From NCBI GenBank assembly GCA_963805945.1, contig CAWDVP010000003.1, positions 64,001 through 128,000 on the forward strand: a DNA stretch of 64,000 nucleotides, given 5' to 3'. This document shows positions 1 to 10,621 of the stretch, piece by piece. The DNA comes from Vulcanimicrobiota bacterium. Lineage in GTDB: Bacteria > Vulcanimicrobiota > Vulcanimicrobiia > Eremiobacterales > Eremiobacteraceae. A model generated the notes under the pieces. That model had not been told where the DNA came from and did not search any database. It was given only the letters and a program-made list of their open reading frames with translations. Position 1 is the first letter of the stretch. The number at the start of each line of letters is the position of its first letter. A program made the position numbers and the translations under genes.

Positions 1-63
1 CGACGCGACGACCACCGCCACCACGAAAAAGATGAGGATGGCGATCCAGGGGGAGTCCGGCAC
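1..63 (-). CDS. N-terminus of a membrane protein running off the window (possibly NuoA-like)
   Basis: GTG at 63 after AAGGAAG; reads MPDSPWIAILIFFVVAVVVAS, a hydrophobic helix; only 21 codons visible. Confidence 0.35.
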   Translation of the reverse strand, partial: MPDSPWIAILIFFVVAVVVAS

Positions 64-123
64 GATGGCTTCCTTATAGTAGTGGGAATCGCGAAGTTTG
101 TGAAATTATTCCCAAACTCCCCC

Positions 124-1125
124 CTAGAGGAACTCGAGCCCCCGTGCGTGCGGGGTCAGCTCGTTCTCGGCGAGCCACGCCGCGTTGTAGAGCCGGGACA
201 TCGAACGCTGACCGCCGTCACACAGGATGGTGACGACGGAACTGCCGGCAGGGAGGCCCTGCGCGACCCTCGCGGCGGCGGTCACATTGAGCGCGGCTGA
301 GCCGCCGAGCAACAGGCCTTCATGGCGCAGCAGATAGTGCGCCATCTCGACCATATCGCGATCGTCCACGCGCAGCGCGTCGTCGGCGGGCGCGCCGCGG
401 AAATTGTCGGTGATGCGTTTGATGCCGATGCCCTCGGCGATGGAGTCGCCCTCGACGTCGAGCGAACCGTGCTTGACGTATGCGTACAGCGCCGAGCCCA
501 TCGGATCGGCGAGCACCGTGCGGATGCCCGACCGCTGCTCTTTGAGAAAACCGCTCACGCCGGCGAACGTGCCGCCCGTGCCCGCCGCGGCGACGAACGC
601 ATCGATCGCGCCGCCGCTTTGCCGCCAGATCTCCGGGCCGGTGGTCTCGTAGTGGGCGCGGCGGTTGGCCGGGTTGTTGAATTGGTCGGCCCAGATGGCG
701 CCCGGCGTCTCTTGCGCGATGCGCCGCGCGACGTGATAGTAGTTGCCCTGGTCGGCGAAGGGCACAGTGGGCACGATGCGCAGATCCGCGCCGAAAAGGC
801 GCAGCAGATCGAACTTCTCCGACGACTGGTCGTCGGGCACCACGATGATGGAGCGATAGCCGCGCGCATCGCCGAGCAGCGCGAGCGCGATGCCGGTGTT
901 GCCAGCGGTGCCTTCGACGATGGTCCCGCCTGCTTTGAGCTTGCCGGATGCCTCCGCATCCTCGATGATGTACTTGGCCGCTCTGTCCTTGACCGAGCCG
1001 CCGGGGTTGAGGAATTCGGCTTTGCCGAGGATGGTCCGGCCGAGCGCCGCCGAGAGATTGGGGATCCGCAGCAGCGGCGTGTCGCCGACCGCCGCGAACA
1101 GATCCGCTTTGATGGAGCCGCTCAT
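124..1125 (-). CDS. cysK: cysteine synthase (PLP-dependent, CysK/CysM family)
   Basis: KAEFLNPGGSVKDR PLP-lysine motif, EGTAGNTG, GTGGT. Confidence 0.9.
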   Translation of the reverse strand: MSGSIKADLFAAVGDTPLLRIPNLSAALGRTILGKAEFLNPGGSVKDRAAKYIIEDAEASGKLKAGGTIVEGTAGNTGIALALLGDARGYRSIIVVPDDQSSEKFDLLRLFGADLRIVPTVPFADQGNYYHVARRIAQETPGAIWADQFNNPANRRAHYETTGPEIWRQSGGAIDAFVAAAGTGGTFAGVSGFLKEQRSGIRTVLADPMGSALYAYVKHGSLDVEGDSIAEGIGIKRITDNFRGAPADDALRVDDRDMVEMAHYLLRHEGLLLGGSAALNVTAAARVAQGLPAGSSVVTILCDGGQRSMSRLYNAAWLAENELTPHARGLEFL

Positions 1126-1175
1126 GTCGGCAAAAGGCTACCCATCGCTCGCGCGGAATACCTGCGCACAACACG

Positions 1176-2138
1176 ATGCAGCAACACCGGATCATCATCA
1201 TCGGCTCGGGTCCCGCGGGACTCACGGCTGCGGTCTATGCGGCGCGCGCCGATCTCGCCCCGCTGCTCTTCGCCGGCGGTCTGTACGGCGGCCAGCTCAT
1301 GCTGACCAGCGACGTCGAGAACTATCCCGGCTTTCCCGAAGGCGTGCTCGGCCCCGATCTCATGGAGAAGTTCCGCGCGCAGGCGGAGCGCTTCGGCGCG
1401 GTGATCCGCAACGAGGACGTGACGCGCGTCGATTTCAGCTCGCAGCCGCTGCGCGTGTGGGTGGACGAAGAAGAGCATCACGCGCACGTCGTCATCGTCG
1501 CGACCGGTGCGTCCGCGAAATGGCTCGGATTGCCCAACGAGACGCGTCTGCGCGGCCGAGGCGTGTCGAGCTGCGCCACGTGCGACGGCGCGTTCTTCAA
1601 GGGCAAAGAGATCATCGTGGTCGGCGGCGGCGACACCGCGCTCGAGGACGGTCTGTTCCTCACGCGTTTCGGCCGCCGCGTCACCGTCGTCCACCGGCGC
1701 GACGCGCTGCGCGCGTCGAAGATCATGCAGCAGCGAGCGCTGGCCCATCCCAAGATGCAGTTCATCTGGAACAGCGCGATCCACGACATCGAAGGCGAGC
1801 GCGCCGTCACCGCCGTGAAACTGCGCAACCTCGAGACCGATGCGATCACGTCGATGGACGCGGACGCGGTGTTCGTCGCCATCGGCCACGAACCGAACAC
1901 CGCGATCTTTGCGGGACAATTGGCTTTGGACGAACGGGGCTACGTCGTATCGCCCGACGGCGTGCGCACAAACGTCCCCGGCGTCTTCGTCGCAGGCGAC
2001 GTCCAGGACACGCGTTACCGCCAGGCGGTGACCGCAGCCGGGATGGGCTGCCGGGCGGCGCTCGAAGCAGAAAAGTATCTCGAGGAGCACGAAGCACGAG
2101 TGACCGTCGGCCACGGGGGCGCCACCCTTAAGTCCTGA
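1176..2138 (+). CDS. trxB: thioredoxin-disulfide reductase
   Basis: GSGPAG, GGQL, CATCDG redox motif, VGGGDTA, FVAIGHEPN. Confidence 0.95.
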   Translation: MQQHRIIIIGSGPAGLTAAVYAARADLAPLLFAGGLYGGQLMLTSDVENYPGFPEGVLGPDLMEKFRAQAERFGAVIRNEDVTRVDFSSQPLRVWVDEEEHHAHVVIVATGASAKWLGLPNETRLRGRGVSSCATCDGAFFKGKEIIVVGGGDTALEDGLFLTRFGRRVTVVHRRDALRASKIMQQRALAHPKMQFIWNSAIHDIEGERAVTAVKLRNLETDAITSMDADAVFVAIGHEPNTAIFAGQLALDERGYVVSPDGVRTNVPGVFVAGDVQDTRYRQAVTAAGMGCRAALEAEKYLEEHEARVTVGHGGATLKS

Positions 2139-2242
2139 GGGCGGAACGGCCGATACTTTAATGTAGAAGAAATCACCGCCAACCGCCGCAGGTCAAGCTG
2201 CGCGGGACACGGTCATCGCTTCATCGGAGCCATATCGAACGC

Positions 2243-4609
2243 ATGAGTGAGCAACAGTCCGTTCCGGCCGCAGCGCTCGAGCAGGCGCGCGCGGAGATGA
2301 GCAACGGCAATTCGGCGGCAGCGGTCACGCTGGTGCGCCAGGTCGTCGGCCGCCCCGACACGACCCCGGATCAGCTCGCCGCGGCAGCGCGGCTGGGCGT
2401 CAATCTCGGCCTCGAAGAGTCGTTCGGTTGGACGATGCGCGCCGGGCGCCGTCAGATGGAAGCTGGCAGTCTCGAAGACGCGCGGGAGACGTTCACCGCG
2501 GCGCGCGCGCTCGATGAGAAGAACTACGAACCGATCTTCGAGCTTGGCCGCGTCGAGATCGCCGCCGGCAATAAGGCCGAAGGTCTGGGCCGCTTCGCCG
2601 AAGTGCTGCGCAAGTCGAACTACACGTTCGTGCCGGCGCTCTTCGAAGCCGGCTGCGTGTACGAAGCGGACGATCAGGTCGATCAGGCGATCCTCACCTT
2701 CAAGCGCATCGTCGAGCGCGACAAGAGCCATGCGTATGCGTTGGACCATCTCGGCAAGCTGTACAAATCGAAGCAGATGGCGCCGGAAGCGACGGCGTAC
2801 TTCCTGCAGTCGGCCGAAGCCGCGCGCAAGATCATGGACTACGCCTTGGCGCTGCGGTGCGCGCGCGACATCATCGAATTCGATCCGGGCAACGCGCGAG
2901 CGCTCGGGCTCGAAGCGGAGATGCTGCGGATCCTGCCCGAACCGCGCGCGAAAGAAAAAGCGAGCGCCGAACCGGCGCCTGCGCCGGCGCCCAAACCCGC
3001 GCCGCCGCCGCCGCCCGTGCAGCAAGTCGCGGCAGGCGTCGTGCCCCACGACTTCCGGCTCATCGAACAGCAATCCAAGGCCACGCTGGAGCTCGCCCAG
3101 GTCACCGCGGGCGTCGCCGAGGCGTACAAGCAGCGGCTCGCGATCGAGGAGCAGATCAAGGCCGCGCAGGCCACGCTCGAGTCCGTCACGGCGGCGGGCC
3201 AGGGCGCCGATCAAGAGCTCACCGCGATCAAGGCGCAGCTCTACACGGTCGGACAGGCGCGCGTCGCGGAAGAGGCTGCGATGGCAGCGCTCTCCGCGAA
3301 GCTCGACCAGGCGCGCCAAGGCCTGGTGGCCCTCGAGACGCTGCATGAGAGCATCAAGCAGGCGGACGAGCAGCGACAGGGCATCCTCAAGACGATCGAA
3401 CAGCTGAAGACCGAAGCCGCCGCGGTGCAAACGGCAGCGGGCAAAGCGAAGACCGATGCATCATCGGTCGAGAAGGCGCTGACAGAGGTCACCGGCGGTT
3501 TCGGCGCGCTGCGCAAAGAGGCGGAGACCGCGAAGGCGGTGCTCGACGATGCCAAGACGCAAGCGGAGAAGGCGAAGGCCGACGCCGCCGCGGCAGAGGC
3601 TGCCGTCGTCAAGGCGCGCGAGAAGTTCGAGGCGTCTCGGACCGCGGTCGACGCGGCCGAGCAGCGCATCATCGAGGCCGCTGCGCACGCCAACGCGGTC
3701 GGCAGCGACGCGGCCGTGACCATCGCCGGCATCGCAGACGTGGAGACCTCGGTCGGCGCCGCGCTGGCGGCGCAGAAGACGATAGAAGATGCGATCGGTC
3801 AGCTGCGCGCGCTCGCGGTGGCGCTCACAGAGCGGCGCAAGCAGACAGAGGCGGCGCTGACCCAGATCGCCGGCATCGGGGAAACGCAAGCGACCGGACT
3901 CAACGAAGCCGACATCGCCAAGCTGGAAGCCGGTCTCGCCGCAGCGATCGAAAAAGCAGCGGTCGCCGCCCACAAGCCGCCGCAGCCGGCCGCACCCGCC
4001 GCGCCGGCAGCCGCAACCCCCGCGCCGCCGCCCGTCGCTGCCGCTGCGGCAAAACCGAACGGCGTGTCGCAAGCACCCGCGCCGCCGCCCGCACCGGCGA
4101 AGGCGAAGGCGGATGCCGGCAAGCCGCCCGAAAAAGCTGCGGAAAAGCCTGCCGACAAGGCTGTCGTGCCCGAGCGCAGCTCGGGTTCCCCCAAAGCCGA
4201 CGACAATTCGCCCGGCGGCGTCTTCGCCCGCGGTTCAGCCGCGCTCGAAGCGAAGAAGCCGCAAGAAGCGCTCAAGATCTTCGAAGCGCTGGCCTCGAAT
4301 CCGGAGTTCGCGGTGCTCGCGCAGACCGCCATCGGCCGCTGCTACGCGCAGATGGGCCAGTTCGACGAGGCCATCGCGCGCTATTCGAAGGCGCTCGAGA
4401 CGCCAGGGCATCCGGAAGAGCAGTATCACGAAGCGCTCTACTACATGTCCGCCGCGCACGAGAGCCGTGACGACGCGGAATCGCGCGAGCTTGCGGTGTG
4501 GGCGCTCGAGGAGATCGTCGCGGCCAACCCGCGCTATCGCGACGTCGCCGCGCGTATGGAAGCGCTCAAGTCGAAAGCGGGCAAGGCCGCCGCCGGCGGA
4601 GCGGCATAA
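2243..4609 (+). CDS. TPR protein with long central coiled coil, Pro/Ala linker and C-terminal TPRs
   Basis: TPR-like helices at both ends, Ala/Glu/Lys heptad-rich middle, no signal peptide. Confidence 0.75.
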   Translation: MSEQQSVPAAALEQARAEMSNGNSAAAVTLVRQVVGRPDTTPDQLAAAARLGVNLGLEESFGWTMRAGRRQMEAGSLEDARETFTAARALDEKNYEPIFELGRVEIAAGNKAEGLGRFAEVLRKSNYTFVPALFEAGCVYEADDQVDQAILTFKRIVERDKSHAYALDHLGKLYKSKQMAPEATAYFLQSAEAARKIMDYALALRCARDIIEFDPGNARALGLEAEMLRILPEPRAKEKASAEPAPAPAPKPAPPPPPVQQVAAGVVPHDFRLIEQQSKATLELAQVTAGVAEAYKQRLAIEEQIKAAQATLESVTAAGQGADQELTAIKAQLYTVGQARVAEEAAMAALSAKLDQARQGLVALETLHESIKQADEQRQGILKTIEQLKTEAAAVQTAAGKAKTDASSVEKALTEVTGGFGALRKEAETAKAVLDDAKTQAEKAKADAAAAEAAVVKAREKFEASRTAVDAAEQRIIEAAAHANAVGSDAAVTIAGIADVETSVGAALAAQKTIEDAIGQLRALAVALTERRKQTEAALTQIAGIGETQATGLNEADIAKLEAGLAAAIEKAAVAAHKPPQPAAPAAPAAATPAPPPVAAAAAKPNGVSQAPAPPPAPAKAKADAGKPPEKAAEKPADKAVVPERSSGSPKADDNSPGGVFARGSAALEAKKPQEALKIFEALASNPEFAVLAQTAIGRCYAQMGQFDEAIARYSKALETPGHPEEQYHEALYYMSAAHESRDDAESRELAVWALEEIVAANPRYRDVAARMEALKSKAGKAAAGGAA

Positions 4610-4612
4610 CGC

Positions 4613-6289
4613 GTGACGAACGCCAATCGCAAGCGTCAGCTCGCCGTCGAGACGGCGGCCAAGGAAGGCCTGCGGGCCTCCGTGCCGCTGTACATCGCCG
4701 CGGCGGAGGCGTTCGCACAAGAGGATCGTCCTGCGCAAGGTGTCGAGCTGCTCGGCGAGCTGCTCAACGCCAAAGAGCGCCGACGCGGGCTGTTCGGCCG
4801 CGCAGAGAAGAACCCGCTCGGCACCGAGCGGCTGCGCGTCGCCACCAAGTACGCCGAACTCGCGCGGACCACATCGCCGACCGAAGATTCGCTCGAGATG
4901 CTCGAGGATCTCTCCATCGAGTTCTCCGAGAGCCCGGCCATCCGGCGCGCCAACGCCGACGGACTGCGCAACGCCGGCTATGCCGCCGACGCCATCGAAG
5001 AATATCAATACTGCGCGAGGCTCGAGCCCGAGGACGGCGACATCGAGGTGCGCATGAGCGAGCTGTTCGCCGCGCTCGGCCGCACGGACGAAGCGATCGA
5101 CAGCTTGCGCAAGGGCATCGCGCAACACGCGGCGAGCGGCGAGTACGAACAAGTCGCCGACCGGGCGATGCGTTTCATCGATCTCAACCCCGATGACCTC
5201 GAGGACGTCTACATGTCGCTCGAGCTGCTGCCGGGCGAAGTGCTCAAACGCCACGTGCCCTCGCTCGATCACATCGGCATCCTCGTGCGCCGCGATCCGA
5301 GCAAGGGAGACGAGTGGCGCGCCCGCATGGAGCAGCGCCTCGTCGATCTGTACACGCTCGTGCTCGAGATCGACGGCCGCAACGCGGCGGCGCGCCGCGG
5401 CATCAACGTGCTCGGCCAGCAGTATATGGCGGACGTCGAAGTGCGCCTCAAAGCCGCCGCGCAGAAGGCGCAAGCGGCGGCGACGCCCGCTCCCGCACCT
5501 GCGACGCCCACCCCCGAGACGCCAGCGCCGAAGCCGGCCGTCGCGTCGGCTCCAGCGACGCCCGCGCCCGCAGCAGCGACGGTCGCGCCCGCATCTGCGA
5601 CACCCGCACCCGCACCTGCGACACCTGCGCCCGCGACGCCCGCGCCGACGCCTCCAGCCACGCCGGCCGCAGCCGCAGCGCCGCCGCCCGCAGCGACTCC
5701 ATACAAACCCGCGCCGGCTGCCGCATCACCCGAGCTGCGCTCGGGCACTACGGCGCCGCCGCCACCCGCCCCGCCGCCACCGGCCGCGCCCGCGCGAGCC
5801 GAAGCCGCAGAGGTCCACGCGCCCGAGCTGGTCGAGAAGTCTCCAGGAGAGCTGGTCGCTGAAGAGACGCCCGTCGTCGCCGCGGCCGTACCGGTCGCCG
5901 CGGCCGGAGACGCAGGGGCTCAAACGCCGGCAGCCGCGCCCGCTTCGGGCAAAGGTCTGTACGCCTTCGCCTTGCGCAAAGCGCAAGAGCAATTCGACGC
6001 CGGGAGCTACGACGCGGCCGCGCAGGCGTGCGATCGTATCCTCAAGCGCGGCGACATCCCCGAAGTGCTGCAGCTGCTCATGGCCTGCTACGTCAAGCTC
6101 GAGCGCAAACCGGACGCGGTCGCGGCCGGCTTGCGTTACGCCGAGTCGCTGGCCGCTGAGAGTCCCGCCAAGGCGCTTGAAGCGCTCACCGAGATGATCA
6201 AGACGCTGCCCGATGCCGCGCTCGTGCTACGCCGCTCGCAGCTGCTCACGAACATGCGCCAAGTGGAGTTCGCTGGAAAAAAAGGCTGA
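4613..6289 (+). CDS. TPR protein with Pro/Ala/Thr-rich linker
   Basis: TPR-like N- and C-terminal regions; PAPAT repeats at about 5480-5810; starts 3 nt after the previous stop. Confidence 0.7.
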   Translation: MTNANRKRQLAVETAAKEGLRASVPLYIAAAEAFAQEDRPAQGVELLGELLNAKERRRGLFGRAEKNPLGTERLRVATKYAELARTTSPTEDSLEMLEDLSIEFSESPAIRRANADGLRNAGYAADAIEEYQYCARLEPEDGDIEVRMSELFAALGRTDEAIDSLRKGIAQHAASGEYEQVADRAMRFIDLNPDDLEDVYMSLELLPGEVLKRHVPSLDHIGILVRRDPSKGDEWRARMEQRLVDLYTLVLEIDGRNAAARRGINVLGQQYMADVEVRLKAAAQKAQAAATPAPAPATPTPETPAPKPAVASAPATPAPAAATVAPASATPAPAPATPAPATPAPTPPATPAAAAAPPPAATPYKPAPAAASPELRSGTTAPPPPAPPPPAAPARAEAAEVHAPELVEKSPGELVAEETPVVAAAVPVAAAGDAGAQTPAAAPASGKGLYAFALRKAQEQFDAGSYDAAAQACDRILKRGDIPEVLQLLMACYVKLERKPDAVAAGLRYAESLAAESPAKALEALTEMIKTLPDAALVLRRSQLLTNMRQVEFAGKKG

Positions 6290-6297
6290 GCGAAGAG

Positions 6298-7098
6298 CTA
6301 CGGCGCGAAGGCGTAGATGACCCGATACGTCTCCGTCGCCGGCTTGCCGTCGATCTTCGGCGGTAGGAACGTGCTGTGCGAAGCAGCCGCCAGCGCGGCC
6401 TGGTCCAGCGACGGGTGTCCGGCAGATTTCTCCAAGCGCTGCGAGATCACGTTGCCCTTCGGCCCCACCGTGACGAGCACGACCGCGGTGCCCTCTGCGT
6501 TCTGCGCGCGCGCGATCTCCGGATAGTCCGGCTGGACGCGGTTGGCGAAACGCGCGTCGACGACGACCTGCGGCGCGTAGACCTCGGCCGCCGGCGTCGG
6601 CGTCGCGGGAGCCGGTGTCGGCGTCGCGGGTGCAGGCGTCGTCACGGTGGTCGTCGGCACTGCGGGCGTCGGCGGACTGAAGAACGATGGTCCAAAAGCG
6701 ACGTTCCTCTTGGGTGCCGGCGTCTTGGCCGGCTTGGGCGTCGGCCGCGGCGAGCTGGAGGGGCTCGGCGTCGGCGCCGGTGATTGCGTCGGCTTCGGCG
6801 TCGGAGAAGCCGCCGGCGTCGGCGAGGCCGGGAACAAGGCGATCTTAGGCACCTTGAACGGTACCGTGTGCATCGAGACGCTCGCCTTCGGCGGCGTCGC
6901 CTTCGGCTTCTGCCACCCGCTGAGCACCGCGCTGATGCCGGCCTGCGAATAGAGCGCGAAGCCGATGCCGGCCAGCACGACCAACGCCACAAGCCCGCCG
7001 ATGATCTTGACGCGGCTGCTTACCTGCTTGCGCCGACGCCGATCGTCGCGGTCTTCTTTGAAGCTGCGTCGTAGCGGAGCGCCCGGAGTGAAACTCAC
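6298..7098 (-). CDS. TonB family protein
   Basis: single TM helix, Pro-rich spacer, C-terminal PDYPEIAR...GTAVVLVTVGPKGNV...LDQAAL. Confidence 0.85.
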   Translation of the reverse strand: MSFTPGAPLRRSFKEDRDDRRRRKQVSSRVKIIGGLVALVVLAGIGFALYSQAGISAVLSGWQKPKATPPKASVSMHTVPFKVPKIALFPASPTPAASPTPKPTQSPAPTPSPSSSPRPTPKPAKTPAPKRNVAFGPSFFSPPTPAVPTTTVTTPAPATPTPAPATPTPAAEVYAPQVVVDARFANRVQPDYPEIARAQNAEGTAVVLVTVGPKGNVISQRLEKSAGHPSLDQAALAAASHSTFLPPKIDGKPATETYRVIYAFAP

Positions 7099-7210
7099 GC
7101 GAGAGGGACCTCCCCAAAAGTCCTGAGCGAGCGGTGCTCGCCCTTCTCTATATTAGGTATCGTCCTGGAAATACCTTAGTTTATGGCGCCGCCGGGACAC
7201 CCGGGTGTTC

Positions 7211-8374
7211 TCAAAGCCGTGAGGGCAACTCGTGCGCCAGCGCACGCAATGCGCGCACGCCGGCGGGGAGAGCGGCTTCGTCGAGCCGGAACTCGGGCGA
7301 ATGCGTGGCCGGATTGTCCACATCCTTAAAGCCCGTGCCCAGCCGCAGATAGCAGCCCGGCGCGGCCTGGGCGAAGTAAGCGAAGTCCTCCGCCCCCATG
7401 CTCGGCACCGGCAGATCGACGACGGTCTCGCCGGCGGCGCGCATGATCGCGAGAACCTCATCGACCAGCGCCGGCGCGTTGTAGACCGGCGGATAGCCGA
7501 ATTCGATCTCGAACTCGTAGGTGGCGCCATGCGCGTGGCAGATGCCCTTGACGATCCGCTCGAGCCGCTCCGGCACCACAGCGCGCACTTCCTCATCGAG
7601 GCAGCGGATCGTCCCCTCGAGCACCGTCTCATCCGCGATGATGTTGCGCCGGTAGCCGCCGCGCACCACGCCGATGGTCAGCACCACCGATCGTAACGGA
7701 TCCACCTCGCGGCTCGCGATGGTCTGCAGCGCGGTCACGATCTCGGCGGCGATCGGGATGGTGTCGACGCTCTTGTGCGGATACGCCGCATGTCCGCCGC
7801 GGCCGCGCACGGTGATGGAGAAGTCGTCGCACGAGGCCGACATGGCGCCGTGGCGCGTGCCGAAGACGCCGCTCGGCAGCAGCGGGGAGACGTGCAGCAT
7901 CGCGACGGCGTCGACGGCCGGCGAACGCATGACGCCCGCGTCGATCATCGGCTTCGCGCCGCCCGGACCTTCCTCGGCGGGTTGGAAGAAGAACTTGATC
8001 GTGCCCGCGAGCCGCTCGCGCTCAGCCGCGAGCGAGACGGCGGCGCCGAGCAGCATCGCGGTATGCGCGTCGTGGCCGCAGGCGTGCATGACGCCGGGCA
8101 CCTTGGACGAGAACGGCTCGCCGCTGCGTTCTTGCAGCGGCAGCGCGTCCATATCGGCGCGCAGCGCGATGGTCTTGCCCGGGCGCCCGCCGCGCAGCGT
8201 GCCGACGATGCCGGTCGTGGCGACGCGCCGCACGTCGACGCCTGCGGCGCGCAGCGTCGTCTCGACGAGCGCACTGGTGCGTTCCTCGAGGAATCCGACC
8301 TCGGGATGCTCGTGGATCTGCCGCCGCCAGCGGATGACATCGTCGAAGACGCGCTGGAGCGCGGCTTCGCTCAT
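7211..8374 (-). CDS. M20D amidohydrolase
   Basis: RRQIHEHPE, LRADMDALP, MHACGHDAH, FQPAEEG, GAEDF. Confidence 0.92.
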   Translation of the reverse strand: MSEAALQRVFDDVIRWRRQIHEHPEVGFLEERTSALVETTLRAAGVDVRRVATTGIVGTLRGGRPGKTIALRADMDALPLQERSGEPFSSKVPGVMHACGHDAHTAMLLGAAVSLAAERERLAGTIKFFFQPAEEGPGGAKPMIDAGVMRSPAVDAVAMLHVSPLLPSGVFGTRHGAMSASCDDFSITVRGRGGHAAYPHKSVDTIPIAAEIVTALQTIASREVDPLRSVVLTIGVVRGGYRRNIIADETVLEGTIRCLDEEVRAVVPERLERIVKGICHAHGATYEFEIEFGYPPVYNAPALVDEVLAIMRAAGETVVDLPVPSMGAEDFAYFAQAAPGCYLRLGTGFKDVDNPATHSPEFRLDEAALPAGVRALRALAHELPSRL

Positions 8375-9696
8375 GCGAAGAGCGGGACTTTGGACTCGCG
8401 TCCTGCGGCGATGGTGCGCTCGATCTCGGCGGCGTCCTTGGGCAGGCCGTCGCCGAGGATCTCGTGATCGCGTTCGGTGATGAGCACGTCGTCTTCGATG
8501 CGCACGCAGATGCCGGCGAAGCGCTTGTCCGCCCCGACGTCCTCGGGCACGTAGAGTCCCGGCTCGACGGTCACGACCATGCCGGCTTTCATCGGCCGCC
8601 AGTCGCCGTTCGCGCGTGTGCGGCCGACGTCGTGCACGTCGATGCCCAAGAAATGTCCGGCGCGATGCGGCAAGAACGGCTTGTGCGCCCCGCTGTCCAC
8701 CACCGCGTCGTGCGTGCCTTTCACCAGACCGAGCTCGAGCAGGCCGTCGACGAGCACGCGCTGTGACGCGCCGTCCACGTCGGTGGCGAACTTGGCGCCG
8801 GGCTTGCAGGCCGCGATCGCGGCGCGCTGGGCAGCGAGGACGATATCGTAGACCGCCCGCTGCTCGGGCGTGAACGTGCCGGAGATCGGAAACGTCCGGG
8901 TGATGTCGCCGCAGAAGTAATCGACCTCTGCGCCCGCGTCGATGAGCACGAGCGCTTTATCGGGCACCCGGTCTCGGTTGGCCGTGTAGTGCAGGCACAC
9001 CGCGTTCGCGCCGCCCGCGACGATGCTCGGATAGGCGAGCTGCGCGCCGCGGCTGATGAAGGCGTATTCGACGATCGCCTGGATCTCGTATTCGTGCATG
9101 CCCGGCCGCGCGTGCTGCATCGCCGCGAGATGGCCGGCAGCCGAGACCTCGACCGCGCGCCGCATGCCGACCACGTCGGCGGGAGACTTGATCGCGCGCA
9201 TCTCGTGCAGGATGTCGGATGGATCGAGCAGGTTGCTCGCGCCGCGGTCCACGCGCCGACGAGCCACGCGTGCGCGCAGCACGTGATCGCGGATGCGGCG
9301 CTGGAAGTCCTCGCCGCCGTTGAAGCCGTAGTAGAGATGATCCGCCGTGTCGAGCAGCTTCGGCAGGCGTTCGTCGAGCTCGGCGATCGGGTATGCCGCA
9401 TCCACGCCGAGCGCGGCGGCGGCGGCTTCGACGCCGAGGCGGCGGCCGGTCCAGATCTCGCGGTCGCGGTCGCGCGGCTGTACGAAGATGACCGTCTTCG
9501 TGTCCGGATGCGAGGGCGCGATGACGAGCACGCTGTGCGGCTCGGTGAAGCCGGTCAGATAGTAGAAGTCGGCGTCTTGCCGATACGGGTACTCCGAATC
9601 ATTGGACCGGACCGCAGGGGGTGCGCTCGGGAAGACCGCGACGGCATCCCCGATGCTCTTGGCAAATGTCGCGCGCCGGCGTTCGAATTCGGTCAT
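8371..9696 (-). CDS. pepP: Xaa-Pro aminopeptidase (aminopeptidase P)
   Basis: start reassigned to MTEFERRR; YRQDADFYYLTGF, GDITRTFP, GHFLGIDVHD, TVEPGLY, RIEDD. Confidence 0.92.
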   Translation of the reverse strand: MTEFERRRATFAKSIGDAVAVFPSAPPAVRSNDSEYPYRQDADFYYLTGFTEPHSVLVIAPSHPDTKTVIFVQPRDRDREIWTGRRLGVEAAAAALGVDAAYPIAELDERLPKLLDTADHLYYGFNGGEDFQRRIRDHVLRARVARRRVDRGASNLLDPSDILHEMRAIKSPADVVGMRRAVEVSAAGHLAAMQHARPGMHEYEIQAIVEYAFISRGAQLAYPSIVAGGANAVCLHYTANRDRVPDKALVLIDAGAEVDYFCGDITRTFPISGTFTPEQRAVYDIVLAAQRAAIAACKPGAKFATDVDGASQRVLVDGLLELGLVKGTHDAVVDSGAHKPFLPHRAGHFLGIDVHDVGRTRANGDWRPMKAGMVVTVEPGLYVPEDVGADKRFAGICVRIEDDVLITERDHEILGDGLPKDAAEIERTIAAGRESKVPLFA

Positions 9697-9706
9697 GCGT
9701 GCTTCC

Positions 9707-10546
9707 TTATAACCCGCGCGCTTGGCGCAAGTACTCGACGGTGTGTCGGATGGTGTCGCCGTCGCCCGCGTCGGGCAGCCGGCGCAGGTAGGTCTCGAGG
9801 TCCTCGATCGCGCGGTCGTAGCGGTGCAGGCGCGCGAACAGGATGCCACGATCGCGCATCTCGGTCGGATCGTCAGGATCGAGCGCGAGCTGCAGCTCGA
9901 TGGCGGCGAGCGCGGCGACGTAGTTCTTCGATTGGCTGAGGCTGTTCTTGAGGTTGAGCAGCACGCGCTTGACGATGGTGCGGTTCGGCACCGGATCGAG
10001 GAACGAATCGCGCCAGGTGATGCGCCCGCGGTAGAGCTTGTCGACGAGCGCGACGCATTCGGCCACGCCGAGGACCGCACCGCCTTGGAAGGGGTCGATG
10101 AACAGCCGGCTCGTCGGGTCGGGGAAGCGCACGACGAAGTGCCCGGGCAGGCCGACGCCTTGCAGCGTCAACCCGACGCGGCGCGCGGTCTCCATGACGA
10201 CGATCGAGAGCGAGATCGGGATGCCGATGCGGCGATCGAGGACGCTCGAGAGCAGGCTATTGCCGGGCTCGTGATACGCGCCGTGATTGGGGCGAAAGCC
10301 GCCTTCGCCGAACAGCGTGCGCACGACGCCGTCGATGAGCAGATAGGGGTCCTGCGAGCCGCCGGCGGCCATCGCCGCGCGCGCCGCGAGCGCCTCGAGC
10401 TTGCGCGTGTAGCGGTCGGGTTCGACGCCGGAATCGAACACCGCCGCGGCCAGCAGACATGCGCGGTCGAGCGGCAACTCCTCGCCCGTCTCATCGCACG
10501 CAGCGATGAGGTTGGCGAATTGCCGGGCCGGCATGAGCGGTCTCAT
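9707..10546 (-). CDS. SirB1-family transglutaminase-like/TPR protein
   Basis: VLDRRIGIPISLS, GLPGHF, IDPF, RDRG. Confidence 0.85.
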   Translation of the reverse strand: MRPLMPARQFANLIAACDETGEELPLDRACLLAAAVFDSGVEPDRYTRKLEALAARAAMAAGGSQDPYLLIDGVVRTLFGEGGFRPNHGAYHEPGNSLLSSVLDRRIGIPISLSIVVMETARRVGLTLQGVGLPGHFVVRFPDPTSRLFIDPFQGGAVLGVAECVALVDKLYRGRITWRDSFLDPVPNRTIVKRVLLNLKNSLSQSKNYVAALAAIELQLALDPDDPTEMRDRGILFARLHRYDRAIEDLETYLRRLPDAGDGDTIRHTVEYLRQARGL

Positions 10547-10621
10547 AGGACGGCCTCCCTTCTCGGCGCTCCTCTTTCGCCCCTAGCGGAAGGCGGCCGC
10601 ATCACCAAGAAAAGCCGTCAC

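Noticed and set aside
5480..5810. Tandem GC-rich repeats
   Set aside because: Explained by the Pro/Ala/Thr linker of the TPR protein
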